Positions 1-7,212 of a stretch of 7,830 bases of DNA are shown one piece after another (the stretch's first letter is position 1; each line of letters begins with the position of its first letter). Under the pieces are notes generated by a model. That model was not told where the DNA came from. It worked only from the letters and a program-made list of their open reading frames with translations, and did not search any database. Origin of the DNA: a virus (taxonomy: Duplodnaviria > Heunggongvirae > Uroviricota > Caudoviricetes); IMG/VR virus record IMGVR_UViG_2648501485_000012. The stretch is one strand, 5' to 3'. Made by a program: the position numbers and the translations under genes.

Positions 1-1603
1 CGCCAGAGAAAGACATCGTTACTGAATTTAAAGTACCAATATCTTTCGGCGTTAATGTTATATCCGCAGTCAGTGCTTTTCCGTTAACTTTTCGGTTAGA
101 TGGCACCCTGCTATTCGCATTGTCATTGGCTGCTTTAACTGCTTTTGGCGTTGCGGCCAGCGATTCACTGGTGCTATCAACAGCACTGCTAAGTTTCACA
201 ACACCTTTAGTTGTAAGGCTTGCGTCTTCCATCGCAACTGCACCGGCAATCTCTTCAGCACGATCAGCAGCAGCTTCCGCACGGGTCGCAGCGGATTCAG
301 CAGCAGTTTTGCTCTGAGATGCTGCCGTCGCACTGCCTGCCGCCTCTGTTGCTTTCGTGGATGCCGTCGCGGCGCTGCCCTTCGCTGCTGACGCCTGTCT
401 GGTCGCCTCATCTTTTGAAGCAGACGCAGATGATGCCGATGACGCCGCCGAACTGGCGGACGATGCGGCAGCCGTTTTTGAGGATTCTGCGCTGGTTTCC
501 GACGCTTTCGCGTTCGTTTCGGATGTCTTCGCTGCGGAAGCAGACCTCGCTGCTGCGCTGGCCTGTACAGCGGCTTCGCCAGCATTCGTTGTGGCTGTTG
601 AAGCAGACGATGCAGCACTTTCTGCCGACTTTCCGGCAGCGGTGGCACTGGCTGAGGCCTGCCCGGCACTTGTTGACGCGGCACTGGCAGATGATGCAGC
701 CGCTGTTTTTGAGCCTGCCGCAGCTGAGGCACTCTGTCCCGCTGCCGTTTCAGAAGACCTGGCGTTCGTCTCGGACGTCTTTGCCGCCTTCGCGGAATTT
801 CCTGCCGCTGTTGCCGAGGAAGCTGCGCTACTGGCGCTCGAGGATGCGTTCGTTTCTGATGATTTTGCCGCCTCTTTTGAAGCCGACGCATCCCGGGCTG
901 AGGTGGCAGCTTCTGACGCTTTCGTGGTCGCGGTGGATGCAGAAGTGGCTGCTGATTGTTGTGACGCTGCAGCATTCGTTTCTGACGTTTTCGCGGCACT
1001 GGCACTGGTAGCTGCCGCGCTTTTTGAGGACTCTGCAGCGGCAGCACTTTTTGATGCTTCAGTGGCCTTTGCTGATGCCGTTCCTGCGCTGGAAGACGCT
1101 GACTGAGCCGACGACGCGGCCTGTCCGGCTGACGTGCTGGCTGCGCGTGCTGAGCCTGCAGCATCAGTCGCATGGGTTGCCGCCTCACTGGCAGATGTGC
1201 TGGCATCACTGGCTGACTTCTTCGCGGCTGCCGTGTTCTGTGCCACCGCGGACGCGTTACGCGCCACCTCTTCCACCATCAGTTCAAAACGGCGCAGTGC
1301 CTCCGGACGGGCATCATCCTCCGTCATGGCACCGAGAAAATCATTCAGCGTACCGGGTCGGGAATCTTCATACACGGTGATGGTCCCGGCATGTGACGGC
1401 GGGAATCCTTCCACCAACAGAATAACGCTGTACTGACCGTACTCAACGTCCATGCTGTAACGCCCGGCTTCATCCGGATTTTCTGAGGCCAGCGTGTTCA
1501 CCACCACCGCGGTGCTGTTACGTTTTGCTTTCAGCTGGATTGTGCAGTTCTGTACCGGTTTTCCTGTGCCGTCTTTCAGTACACCTGAAATCTTTACTGC
1601 CAT
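1..1603 (-). CDS. stf: Side tail fibre protein Stf, N-terminal 534 codons; gene runs off the window start (3' partial)
   Basis: I translated the minus strand by hand from the ATG at 1603..1601: MAVKISGVLKDGTGKPVQNCTIQLKAKRNSTAVVVNTLASENPDEAGRYSMDVEYGQYSVILLVEGFPPSHAGTITVYEDSRPGTLNDFLGAMTEDDARPEALRRFELMVEEVARNAS..., which matches my recollection of the lambda Stf (orf-401) N-terminus. The frame stays open with no stop down to position 1 and ends ...NANSRVPSNRKVNGKALTADITLTPKDIGTLNSVTMSFSG. The ORF track omits it because it has no in-window stop. A GGGG-rich Shine-Dalgarno-like stretch (gtggggtgaat) precedes the ATG. Confidence 0.88.
   Translation of the reverse strand, partial: MAVKISGVLKDGTGKPVQNCTIQLKAKRNSTAVVVNTLASENPDEAGRYSMDVEYGQYSVILLVEGFPPSHAGTITVYEDSRPGTLNDFLGAMTEDDARPEALRRFELMVEEVARNASAVAQNTAAAKKSASDASTSASEAATHATDAAGSARAASTSAGQAASSAQSASSSAGTASAKATEASKSAAAAESSKSAAATSASAAKTSETNAAASQQSAATSASTATTKASEAATSARDASASKEAAKSSETNASSSASSAASSATAAGNSAKAAKTSETNARSSETAAGQSASAAAGSKTAAASSASAASTSAGQASASATAAGKSAESAASSASTATTNAGEAAVQASAAARSASAAKTSETNAKASETSAESSKTAAASSASSAASSASSASASKDEATRQASAAKGSAATASTKATEAAGSATAASQSKTAAESAATRAEAAADRAEEIAGAVAMEDASLTTKGVVKLSSAVDSTSESLAATPKAVKAANDNANSRVPSNRKVNGKALTADITLTPKDIGTLNSVTMSFSG
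239..1258 (-). repeat. Low-complexity Ala/Ser/Thr-rich tract inside stf with degenerate repeats of the motif A-A-K-T/S-S-E-T-N-A
   Basis: Hand translation gives ...SAAATSASAAKTSETNAAAS..., ...KEAAKSSETNASSSA..., ...KAAKTSETNARSSETAAG..., ...ASAAKTSETNAKASETSAES.... At DNA level, related 20-25 nt segments (gcgttcgtttcKgaYgtctt...) recur near plus-strand positions 511, 764, 846 and 973. The tract explains the long spurious ORFs in other frames (357..1106 +, 220..1011 +, 196..1209 -). Confidence 0.7.
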
Positions 1604-1613
1604 ATTCACCCCA

Positions 1614-1641
1614 CAAAAAAGCCCGCCTGAACAGGCGGGCT
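1614..1641 (-). terminator. Putative rho-independent terminator downstream of lom, just upstream of the stf start
   Basis: On the minus strand: 8-bp GC-rich stem (gcccgcct / aggcgggc; plus-strand 1621-1628 and 1633-1640) with a 4-nt loop, followed directly by six T (complement of the A-run at 1615-1620). It lies between the lom stop (1668) and the stf ATG (1603). Confidence 0.6.
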
Positions 1642-1667
1642 GTCATAACACTGTGTTACCTGGCTAA

Positions 1668-2267
1668 TCAGAACTTATAACCGACACCCACGATGAAACC
1701 GTCAGTGCGCCAGTCACCACTGCCGGAGCCTTCATAAGCAATATCAATGGCCACGGATTCGGTCGGGTTAAACTGCACGCCAGCCCCCCACGCCAGAGAC
1801 GTGTTGCTGTGGCGACCGTCATCACTTCCGGTCAGCACATCGTGCGTTTTCCCCTTGTTGTCAGTTACGCGGAGATAATCCCCGGAGAAAGTCGACACAC
1901 GGCTGTAAGCCACACCCGCCATCGCATACGCGCTGAACCATTCATTCACGCGCACAGACGGCCCCGCCATCACGCTGAACCAGCGGTTACGCACGGAATC
2001 TTCATGCCAGCGGGTATCGCTGTAACGGGTAAGCTGGCGATTCTTGTCTCCTGCATAGCTGAATGACGTCACCAGCCCCAGTGTGTCCGTAAACTCATAA
2101 CGGTATTTCACGTTAATCCCGTTAAGATCATCGCTGCCGGGAACGTTCGTCGAGGCATGAAGATACCCCGCGCTCAGCGTGGACTGATGTTCAGATGCCC
2201 ATGCAGGCGCACCGGATACGGCCAGACAAATGGCTGCGGACAAAATGGCGGCATAAAGTTTACGCAT
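1668..2267 (-). CDS. lom: Outer membrane protein Lom (Ail/Lom/PagC/Rck family 8-stranded beta-barrel), a prophage moron
   Basis: 199-aa ORF. N-terminal signal peptide [24 protein letters not shown] with an AxA cleavage site. C-terminal ...GVGYKF ends in an aromatic residue, as typical for OMP beta-barrels. The sequence matches my recollection of lambda Lom. SD gagagg (plus-strand 2273-2278) sits 5 nt upstream of the ATG. Confidence 0.92.
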
Positions 2268-2291
2268 AATTACCTCTCGCTTTTCTGCAAT

Positions 2292-2315
2292 AAAAAAGGC
2301 ACCATTTCTGGTGCC
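2292..2315 (-). terminator. Putative rho-independent terminator between the J stop and the lom start
   Basis: On the minus strand: 7-bp stem ggcacca / tggtgcc with loop gaaa, followed directly by six T (complement of the A-run at 2292-2297). It sits 22 nt after the J stop codon. Confidence 0.6.
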
Positions 2316-2336
2316 CTTATATGGGTTATAACAATT

Positions 2337-5300
2337 TCAACGAATACTGATGCCGGAAGCGGCTTTTTTGGTCACAATCACCGTACAGTCGGTGATATTG
2401 CCTGCCCCCTGATTGCCTTTCTGGAAAATCTTAAACTCCAGAGTGACGCTACCACCACCACTAGGCATATCAATAACTGCACTGTAACTACCGGGAATGG
2501 CCCCTTTAGTTTCTCTGGATGCGATTAATACACCGTTTTTGCGAACTTCAAAACCATAACCCGTGTATCTTGTACCTCCCGGGTTATTACCACTTCCCGG
2601 ATCGCTATACGCTATTCCGTTAAAGATAATGGGCGGAATAATAATCTGGCGGTCAAAGTTATGATCATCGCTGATGGTGACTGTAACCGTACCGTTTGGT
2701 GTTTCCGTGTTACCCCACGTACCGACTTTTTTCGGGAAGGCTTTTGATACAGCTTTAACGAAATCTCCTCTGACCTGGGTCGCCTCCAGCATGCCCTTAA
2801 TCGTACAGTTCTGGTTAATCGTGACATTGTTGAGCGTTCCTGAGTTCGCATTCACACTGCCACTGATATCCGCATTTTTAGCGGTCAGCTTTCCGTCCGG
2901 AGTCAGGGAAAATGCCGGTGGATTTCCACCGCTGGTAATGGTGGGGGCCGTCAGGCGTTTCAGGAACACGTCGTTCATGAATATCTGATCGCCCTGACCA
3001 ACAAACATCGGTTTTGTGTTGCCATTCGCAGGATTAACCATCGCAATCCTGTCCGCCGCCAGCAGCACCTGACTCTGCATGCCGTCAGGGGTGTTCTCAA
3101 TACCGGCACCAATACCCGCAATATAAAGGCGTCCGTCCTGCATCTGCTGCAGCTTCACAGCCCACATGCTGTTCAGGTTATTATTTGTATCAACCTGAAC
3201 TTTCTGTATCTGCTGGATCGCTGCACTCTGGTCTTCCAGTTTCTTATTGACGGTCTGTGTGATTTCATTGCTGACATCCGTAATGGACGTCCTGATTTCA
3301 GCCAGGTCAGGCGCAAGCTGACCGTTATCAATCTGCGTCCACAGCTCCTGAGCCAGATGGGTTTTCCCTATCTCGCCTTTGAAAAAATCCAGATAGCCGG
3401 ATGCATCATCACTCGGCTGACCAACAGCCTCCACGAATGCCGATTTGCCAACGGTGTTCACACTGCGAACGTAAAAATAATAATCATAGCCCGGCCTGAT
3501 ATTGATACTGGCGGCTATCCAGTACAGCCCCGTGCCAAGGTAGCGGGCTGTGGTTTCAACCTGCCTGATATCGGTAATCCGCTTTTCCGAGAACCAGAAC
3601 TCAAACTGTACCGTCGGGTCATAAACGGCAAGATGCGGCGTGGCGGTTATCTGAAAATAGCCCGGCGTCAGCTCAATCCTCGACGGTGCTGCCGGTGCGG
3701 CAATCCGGAACGATACCGACGCCGGATCGCCCTGCTGCCCCCACGCATTTACCGCCCGGACTGTCAGCCTGTAGTTCCCCAGCGCCAGTTGCGTGAAGCG
3801 GTATGTGGTTTCCGTCGTCCGGGCCGTGCTGACCAGCCGCTCACTGCCGTCGTCCGCTGTTACGGTCAGACGGAGCAGGAAGCTCACGCCCTTCACCACC
3901 TTCGGTGTGTCCCAGCGCGCCAGCACCTGATATTCCCCGCTGTCTGCAGTGACTTCTGCGGTCAGGTGCTGCACCGCTGGCGGCGTGACACCGTTCACCG
4001 TGCCACTCTGTTCGCCGTCAAAGTGCGCCCCGTTATCCACGATGGCCTCTTTTTCCGGCACATGCTGCACGGCGGTGATGGCATACGTACCGTCATCGTT
4101 CTCACGGATACTCACACAGCGGAACAGGCGCTGGCGCAGCGTCGGCAGCTTCAGCCCCCACACGCTGTATTCGGCAACGCCGTCAGGAACACGGCTCACT
4201 TTCACCTTCACGCCGTCGGTGACGGACTGAACCTCCACGCTGACCGGACTCCCCTGCCCGTCAACCAGGCTTATCAGCGTGGTGCCGGAAGATGGCAGCG
4301 TGATTTCACGGTCGAGCGTCAGCGTCCGGGTCTGGCTGTTCACCGCCAGCACGCGCCCGCCGGTGCTGATACCGGCATAGTCATCATCGCAGATTTCAAT
4401 GACATCGCCCGGCACATGGCGAAGCCCTTCTGCGCCCACGCTGAAGTCCACGGTCTGCGTTTCCAGCAGTTCTGTTTTAATCAGCCACAGCCCGGCGCGG
4501 TGTGCCTGCCCCCGGCTGGTACAGCCAAAAGCATCCATCTTCGTGACGTTACGACCGTAACGGGCAATGGCCTGCGTGTCCTCCACAAGCTCTGTCGCCG
4601 TCTCCCAGCCGTTATTCGGGTCAATCCAGTTCACCTCAACGGCATTATGGCGGTCCTTCAGGGCGCTGAAGCTGTAGCGGAACGGCGCACCATCATCCGG
4701 CATCACCACATTACTGCGGTTATAGGTCCACACCTTATCCGACGGTCGGTCCTGCACGAACGTCAGCGTCTGCCCGTTCCATACCGGCATACAGCGCATC
4801 GCAGAGCAGAAATCACTGAGCACATCCCACGCCTTGCGCTGTGTGGTCAGGTACGCATTACAGGTGATGCGCGGCTCCGTGCCGCCAAAACCGTCCGGCA
4901 CCGACTGATCGCAATACTGGCCGATGACATACAGCGCCCATTTATCCACATCCGCCGCACCAAGACGTTTCCCCATGCCGTAGCGCGGATGGGTCAGCAT
5001 ATCCCACAGACACCAGGCCATGTTGTTGCTGTATGCTGGCTTAAACGTTCCGTCCCAGATACCGCTGTATTGCCGCGTCTGCGGGTTATAGTTCGACGGC
5101 ACCTGCAGAATGCGCCCGCGCAGATGATAATTACGGCTCACCTGCTGGCTGCCGAACTGCTCCGAATCCACCTGCACGCCGACCAGTGCCGTGTTCGGGT
5201 AGCCCTGTTTCACATCGATGATTTCGGTGTATGACGACCAGAGCGTTTTGTTCTGCAGCTGGTCTGTGGTGCTGTCCGGCGTCATCCTGCGCATCCGGAT

Positions 5301-5834
5301 ATTGAACGGGCGCGGCGGCAGGTTACCCACCACCACCGAGGCCAGATACTGCGAGGTGGTTTTGCCCTTAATGGTGATGTCTTTTTCCGTCACCCAGCCA
5401 CCATTACGCTGGATCTGAACCAGCAGGCGGACTTCCGACGGATTCCTGTCCCCCTTTGAGGTGGTTTCCACCAGTGCCTGCACACCGAAGGTAAAACGCA
5501 GACGGTCAATGTTTGCCGACGTGATGGTCCGGGTGATCGGCGTGTCGTATTTCACTTCCGTACCCAGCACCGTCTCGGAGCCGGAGGATTCAAATCCCTC
5601 CGGCGGTGTCTGCTCCTGCTCACCGGCCCGGAACACCACCGTGACACCGGAGATATTGGTATTCCCCTCACTGTCCAGCACCGGCGTACTGTTCAGCAGC
5701 ACGCTTTTTAATCCATCCACCGGACCTTCAATCGGCCCTTCGCTGATGGCATCGATCACACTCAGCAACTGCGTGGACTTCAGGTTGTCCTTCGCTTCGC
5801 GCGGAGTATGCCCCTTACTGCTGCCTTTACCCAT
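2337..5834 (-). CDS. J: Tail tip / central tail fibre host-specificity protein J
   Basis: 1165-aa ORF. The N-terminal roughly 800 aa ([54 protein letters not shown]...) closely match my recollection of lambda gpJ (1132 aa). SD GGAG (plus-strand 5843-5846) is 8 nt upstream of the ATG. The C-terminal and a central segment appear to differ from lambda (see findings). Confidence 0.96.
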   Translation of the reverse strand: MGKGSSKGHTPREAKDNLKSTQLLSVIDAISEGPIEGPVDGLKSVLLNSTPVLDSEGNTNISGVTVVFRAGEQEQTPPEGFESSGSETVLGTEVKYDTPITRTITSANIDRLRFTFGVQALVETTSKGDRNPSEVRLLVQIQRNGGWVTEKDITIKGKTTSQYLASVVVGNLPPRPFNIRMRRMTPDSTTDQLQNKTLWSSYTEIIDVKQGYPNTALVGVQVDSEQFGSQQVSRNYHLRGRILQVPSNYNPQTRQYSGIWDGTFKPAYSNNMAWCLWDMLTHPRYGMGKRLGAADVDKWALYVIGQYCDQSVPDGFGGTEPRITCNAYLTTQRKAWDVLSDFCSAMRCMPVWNGQTLTFVQDRPSDKVWTYNRSNVVMPDDGAPFRYSFSALKDRHNAVEVNWIDPNNGWETATELVEDTQAIARYGRNVTKMDAFGCTSRGQAHRAGLWLIKTELLETQTVDFSVGAEGLRHVPGDVIEICDDDYAGISTGGRVLAVNSQTRTLTLDREITLPSSGTTLISLVDGQGSPVSVEVQSVTDGVKVKVSRVPDGVAEYSVWGLKLPTLRQRLFRCVSIRENDDGTYAITAVQHVPEKEAIVDNGAHFDGEQSGTVNGVTPPAVQHLTAEVTADSGEYQVLARWDTPKVVKGVSFLLRLTVTADDGSERLVSTARTTETTYRFTQLALGNYRLTVRAVNAWGQQGDPASVSFRIAAPAAPSRIELTPGYFQITATPHLAVYDPTVQFEFWFSEKRITDIRQVETTARYLGTGLYWIAASINIRPGYDYYFYVRSVNTVGKSAFVEAVGQPSDDASGYLDFFKGEIGKTHLAQELWTQIDNGQLAPDLAEIRTSITDVSNEITQTVNKKLEDQSAAIQQIQKVQVDTNNNLNSMWAVKLQQMQDGRLYIAGIGAGIENTPDGMQSQVLLAADRIAMVNPANGNTKPMFVGQGDQIFMNDVFLKRLTAPTITSGGNPPAFSLTPDGKLTAKNADISGSVNANSGTLNNVTINQNCTIKGMLEATQVRGDFVKAVSKAFPKKVGTWGNTETPNGTVTVTISDDHNFDRQIIIPPIIFNGIAYSDPGSGNNPGGTRYTGYGFEVRKNGVLIASRETKGAIPGSYSAVIDMPSGGGSVTLEFKIFQKGNQGAGNITDCTVIVTKKAASGISIR

Positions 5835-5856
5835 TCCTCACGCTCCATAAACGACA

Positions 5857-5876
5857 AAACCGCCCGGAGGCGGTTT
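5857..5876 (-). promoter_or_regulatory. Stem-loop in the I-J intergenic spacer (possible attenuator or RNA-stabilising hairpin)
   Basis: On the minus strand: aaaccgcc-tccg-ggcggttt, an 8-bp stem with a 4-nt loop, followed by the U-rich but interrupted tgtcgttt. It lies between the I stop (5895-5897) and the J SD. Confidence 0.3.
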
Positions 5877-5894
5877 CACATAAAACATTTTGCA

Positions 5895-6566
5895 TCAGCG
5901 ACCAATCACCACAACCTGACCACCATCCCCTTCGTCTGCCGTGCTGATCTCCTGAGAAACCACCCGCGACCCCACGCGCATTTCACCGTACAGAACGGGC
6001 AGAACATTGCCCTGGGCAACCATGTTATCCAGTGAGGAGAAATAGGTGTTCTGTTTGCCGTTATCTGTACTTGCTGCCGTGGGCGTCCTGGCTTTCGGTG
6101 CCAGCATCTGCGCCACACCACCAAGTACCATACTGGCACCGAGAGAAAACAGGATACCGGTCATACCACCGGCCCCAATGGCTGCCCCCCATGCTGTAAG
6201 GGTGGCTCCGGCGGTAAAGAATGATCCGGCAATGGCGGCTGCTCCTAGGACAATCTGGAATACACCACCTGACTTGGCCCCGGCGACTCTGGGAACAATA
6301 TGAATCACAGCGCCATCAGGCAGAGTCTCATGTAACTGCGCCGTTAATCCGGACGTGCTGACATCCTGCCCGGCAATCCGTACCTGATACCAGCCGTCGC
6401 TCAGTTTCTGACGAAACGCCGGGAGCTGTGTGGCCAGCGCCCGAATGGCTTCAGCCCCCGTTTTCACACGAAGGTCGATGCGGCGGCCAAATCGTTGTAA
6501 ATCCCCGTAAAGGCAGATGCGCACCATGCCCGGTGACGCCAGAGGGAGTGTGTGCGTCGCTGCCAT
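5895..6566 (-). CDS. I: Tail tip assembly protein I
   Basis: 223-aa ORF MAATHTLPLASPGMVRICLYGDLQRFGRRIDLRVKTGAEAIRALATQLPAFRQKL..., matching my recollection of lambda gpI (223 aa). It starts inside the 3' end of K in a different frame. SD-like gagagagg lies about 11 nt upstream. Confidence 0.92.
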   Translation of the reverse strand: MAATHTLPLASPGMVRICLYGDLQRFGRRIDLRVKTGAEAIRALATQLPAFRQKLSDGWYQVRIAGQDVSTSGLTAQLHETLPDGAVIHIVPRVAGAKSGGVFQIVLGAAAIAGSFFTAGATLTAWGAAIGAGGMTGILFSLGASMVLGGVAQMLAPKARTPTAASTDNGKQNTYFSSLDNMVAQGNVLPVLYGEMRVGSRVVSQEISTADEGDGGQVVVIGR

Positions 6567-7207
6567 TTGTCGGTATACCTCTCTCGTTTGCTCAGTTGTT
6601 CAGGAATATGGTGCAGCAGCTCGCCATCACCACAGTAAATGGCGGCATGATTCGGCACCGATGAACCAAAACAGCACAGCAGCACATCGCCCGGTTGTGC
6701 TGATGACAACGGCACCTGATACAGCCCTGTGGCCTCCAGATTATCCAGATAGAGATTCTGACCGTGACGCCACCAGTCATCCCCGCGATGAAAATCCGGC
6801 ATCTCAATCCCCGCCAGATGATAAGCATCCCGGAACAGCGTGTAACAGTCCGTCACCCCGTGCTCAAAGCGCCGCCCGGTAAGATGCGGCACACAGCGGA
6901 ACTTATGAATCGCCCCCCGGCAGACCAGCCACCACGGCAAATCACTCTGCACCTGCAGCCGCCGGTCGGCCTCACTCAGCCAGGGCAGACCACCGGGGTG
7001 GCTGTGGACCAGCGCCACAATCTCACCCTGCATTTCTGCCTGCAGCCAGTCTTCCGGCGACATACGGAAATACGCCTCCGGCTCACCGGAGATATTCACG
7101 CAGGGGAAATATCTTTCCTCCTCCGGCGTGCTTACCACGAAGCCGCACGACTCCGCTGGCGCACATCGCCGGGCGTGCGCCAGAATCGCTGATTCTGTCT
7201 CTGTCAT
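6464..7207 (-). CDS. K: Tail tip assembly protein K (N-terminal JAB/MPN JAMM-motif domain plus C-terminal NlpC/P60 domain); the classical lambda start corresponds to the internal ATG at 7063
   Basis: 247-aa ORF starting 5 nt after the L stop. JAMM motif HSHPGGLPWLSEAD (HxHx7Sx2D) at residues 68-81, nt 6965-7006. NlpC/P60-like catalytic Cys context GVTDCYTLF, with downstream His residues. The internal Met49 (nt 7063) gives the 199-aa form annotated in lambda and has a GGAGG at 7075-7079, 11 nt upstream. Confidence 0.88.
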   Translation of the reverse strand: MTETESAILAHARRCAPAESCGFVVSTPEEERYFPCVNISGEPEAYFRMSPEDWLQAEMQGEIVALVHSHPGGLPWLSEADRRLQVQSDLPWWLVCRGAIHKFRCVPHLTGRRFEHGVTDCYTLFRDAYHLAGIEMPDFHRGDDWWRHGQNLYLDNLEATGLYQVPLSSAQPGDVLLCCFGSSVPNHAAIYCGDGELLHHIPEQLSKRERYTDKWQRRTHSLWRHRAWCASAFTGIYNDLAAASTFV

Positions 7208-7212
7208 GGGAT

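Noticed and set aside
196-1209. Long alternate-frame ORFs over the stf repeat tract (196..1209 minus, 357..1106 plus, 220..1011 plus)
   Set aside because: The products are Arg/Gln/Pro-rich or Ala/Asp-rich low-complexity strings. They are frame shadows of the Ala/Ser/Thr-rich stf repeats; the genuine frame (ATG at 1603) gives a clear match to the Stf N-terminus.
239-1258. Possible CRISPR array or tandem-repeat locus suggested by recurring short DNA motifs
   Set aside because: The repeats are degenerate, irregularly spaced (about 82 to 253 nt apart) and lie in an open coding frame. They have no direct-repeat and spacer architecture and are coding repeats of a fibre protein.
1809-2066. 85-aa plus-strand ORF
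   Set aside because: Antisense to lom with no independent support.
2157-2528. 123-aa plus-strand ORF spanning the lom-J junction
   Set aside because: It overlaps the lom 5' end, the terminator hairpin and the J 3' end on the opposite strand; it has no RBS and no recognisable product.
3357-5234. 625-aa plus-strand ORF antisense to J
   Set aside because: It lies entirely inside the well-supported minus-strand J gene, is extremely Arg/His/Pro-rich with no recognisable domain, and has no start context. Long open antisense frames are expected opposite GC-rich, codon-biased genes.
5461-6035. Plus-strand ORFs 5461..5850 and 5808..6035 near the I-J junction
   Set aside because: Both are antisense to J and I, with no start signals and low-complexity products.
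6428-7192. Plus-strand ORFs 6428..6664, 6517..6882 and 6764..7192, and minus-strand ORF 6592..6828
   Set aside because: These are antisense or off-frame shadows of K and I. The minus-strand frames for K and I give clear matches to the lambda tail assembly proteins.
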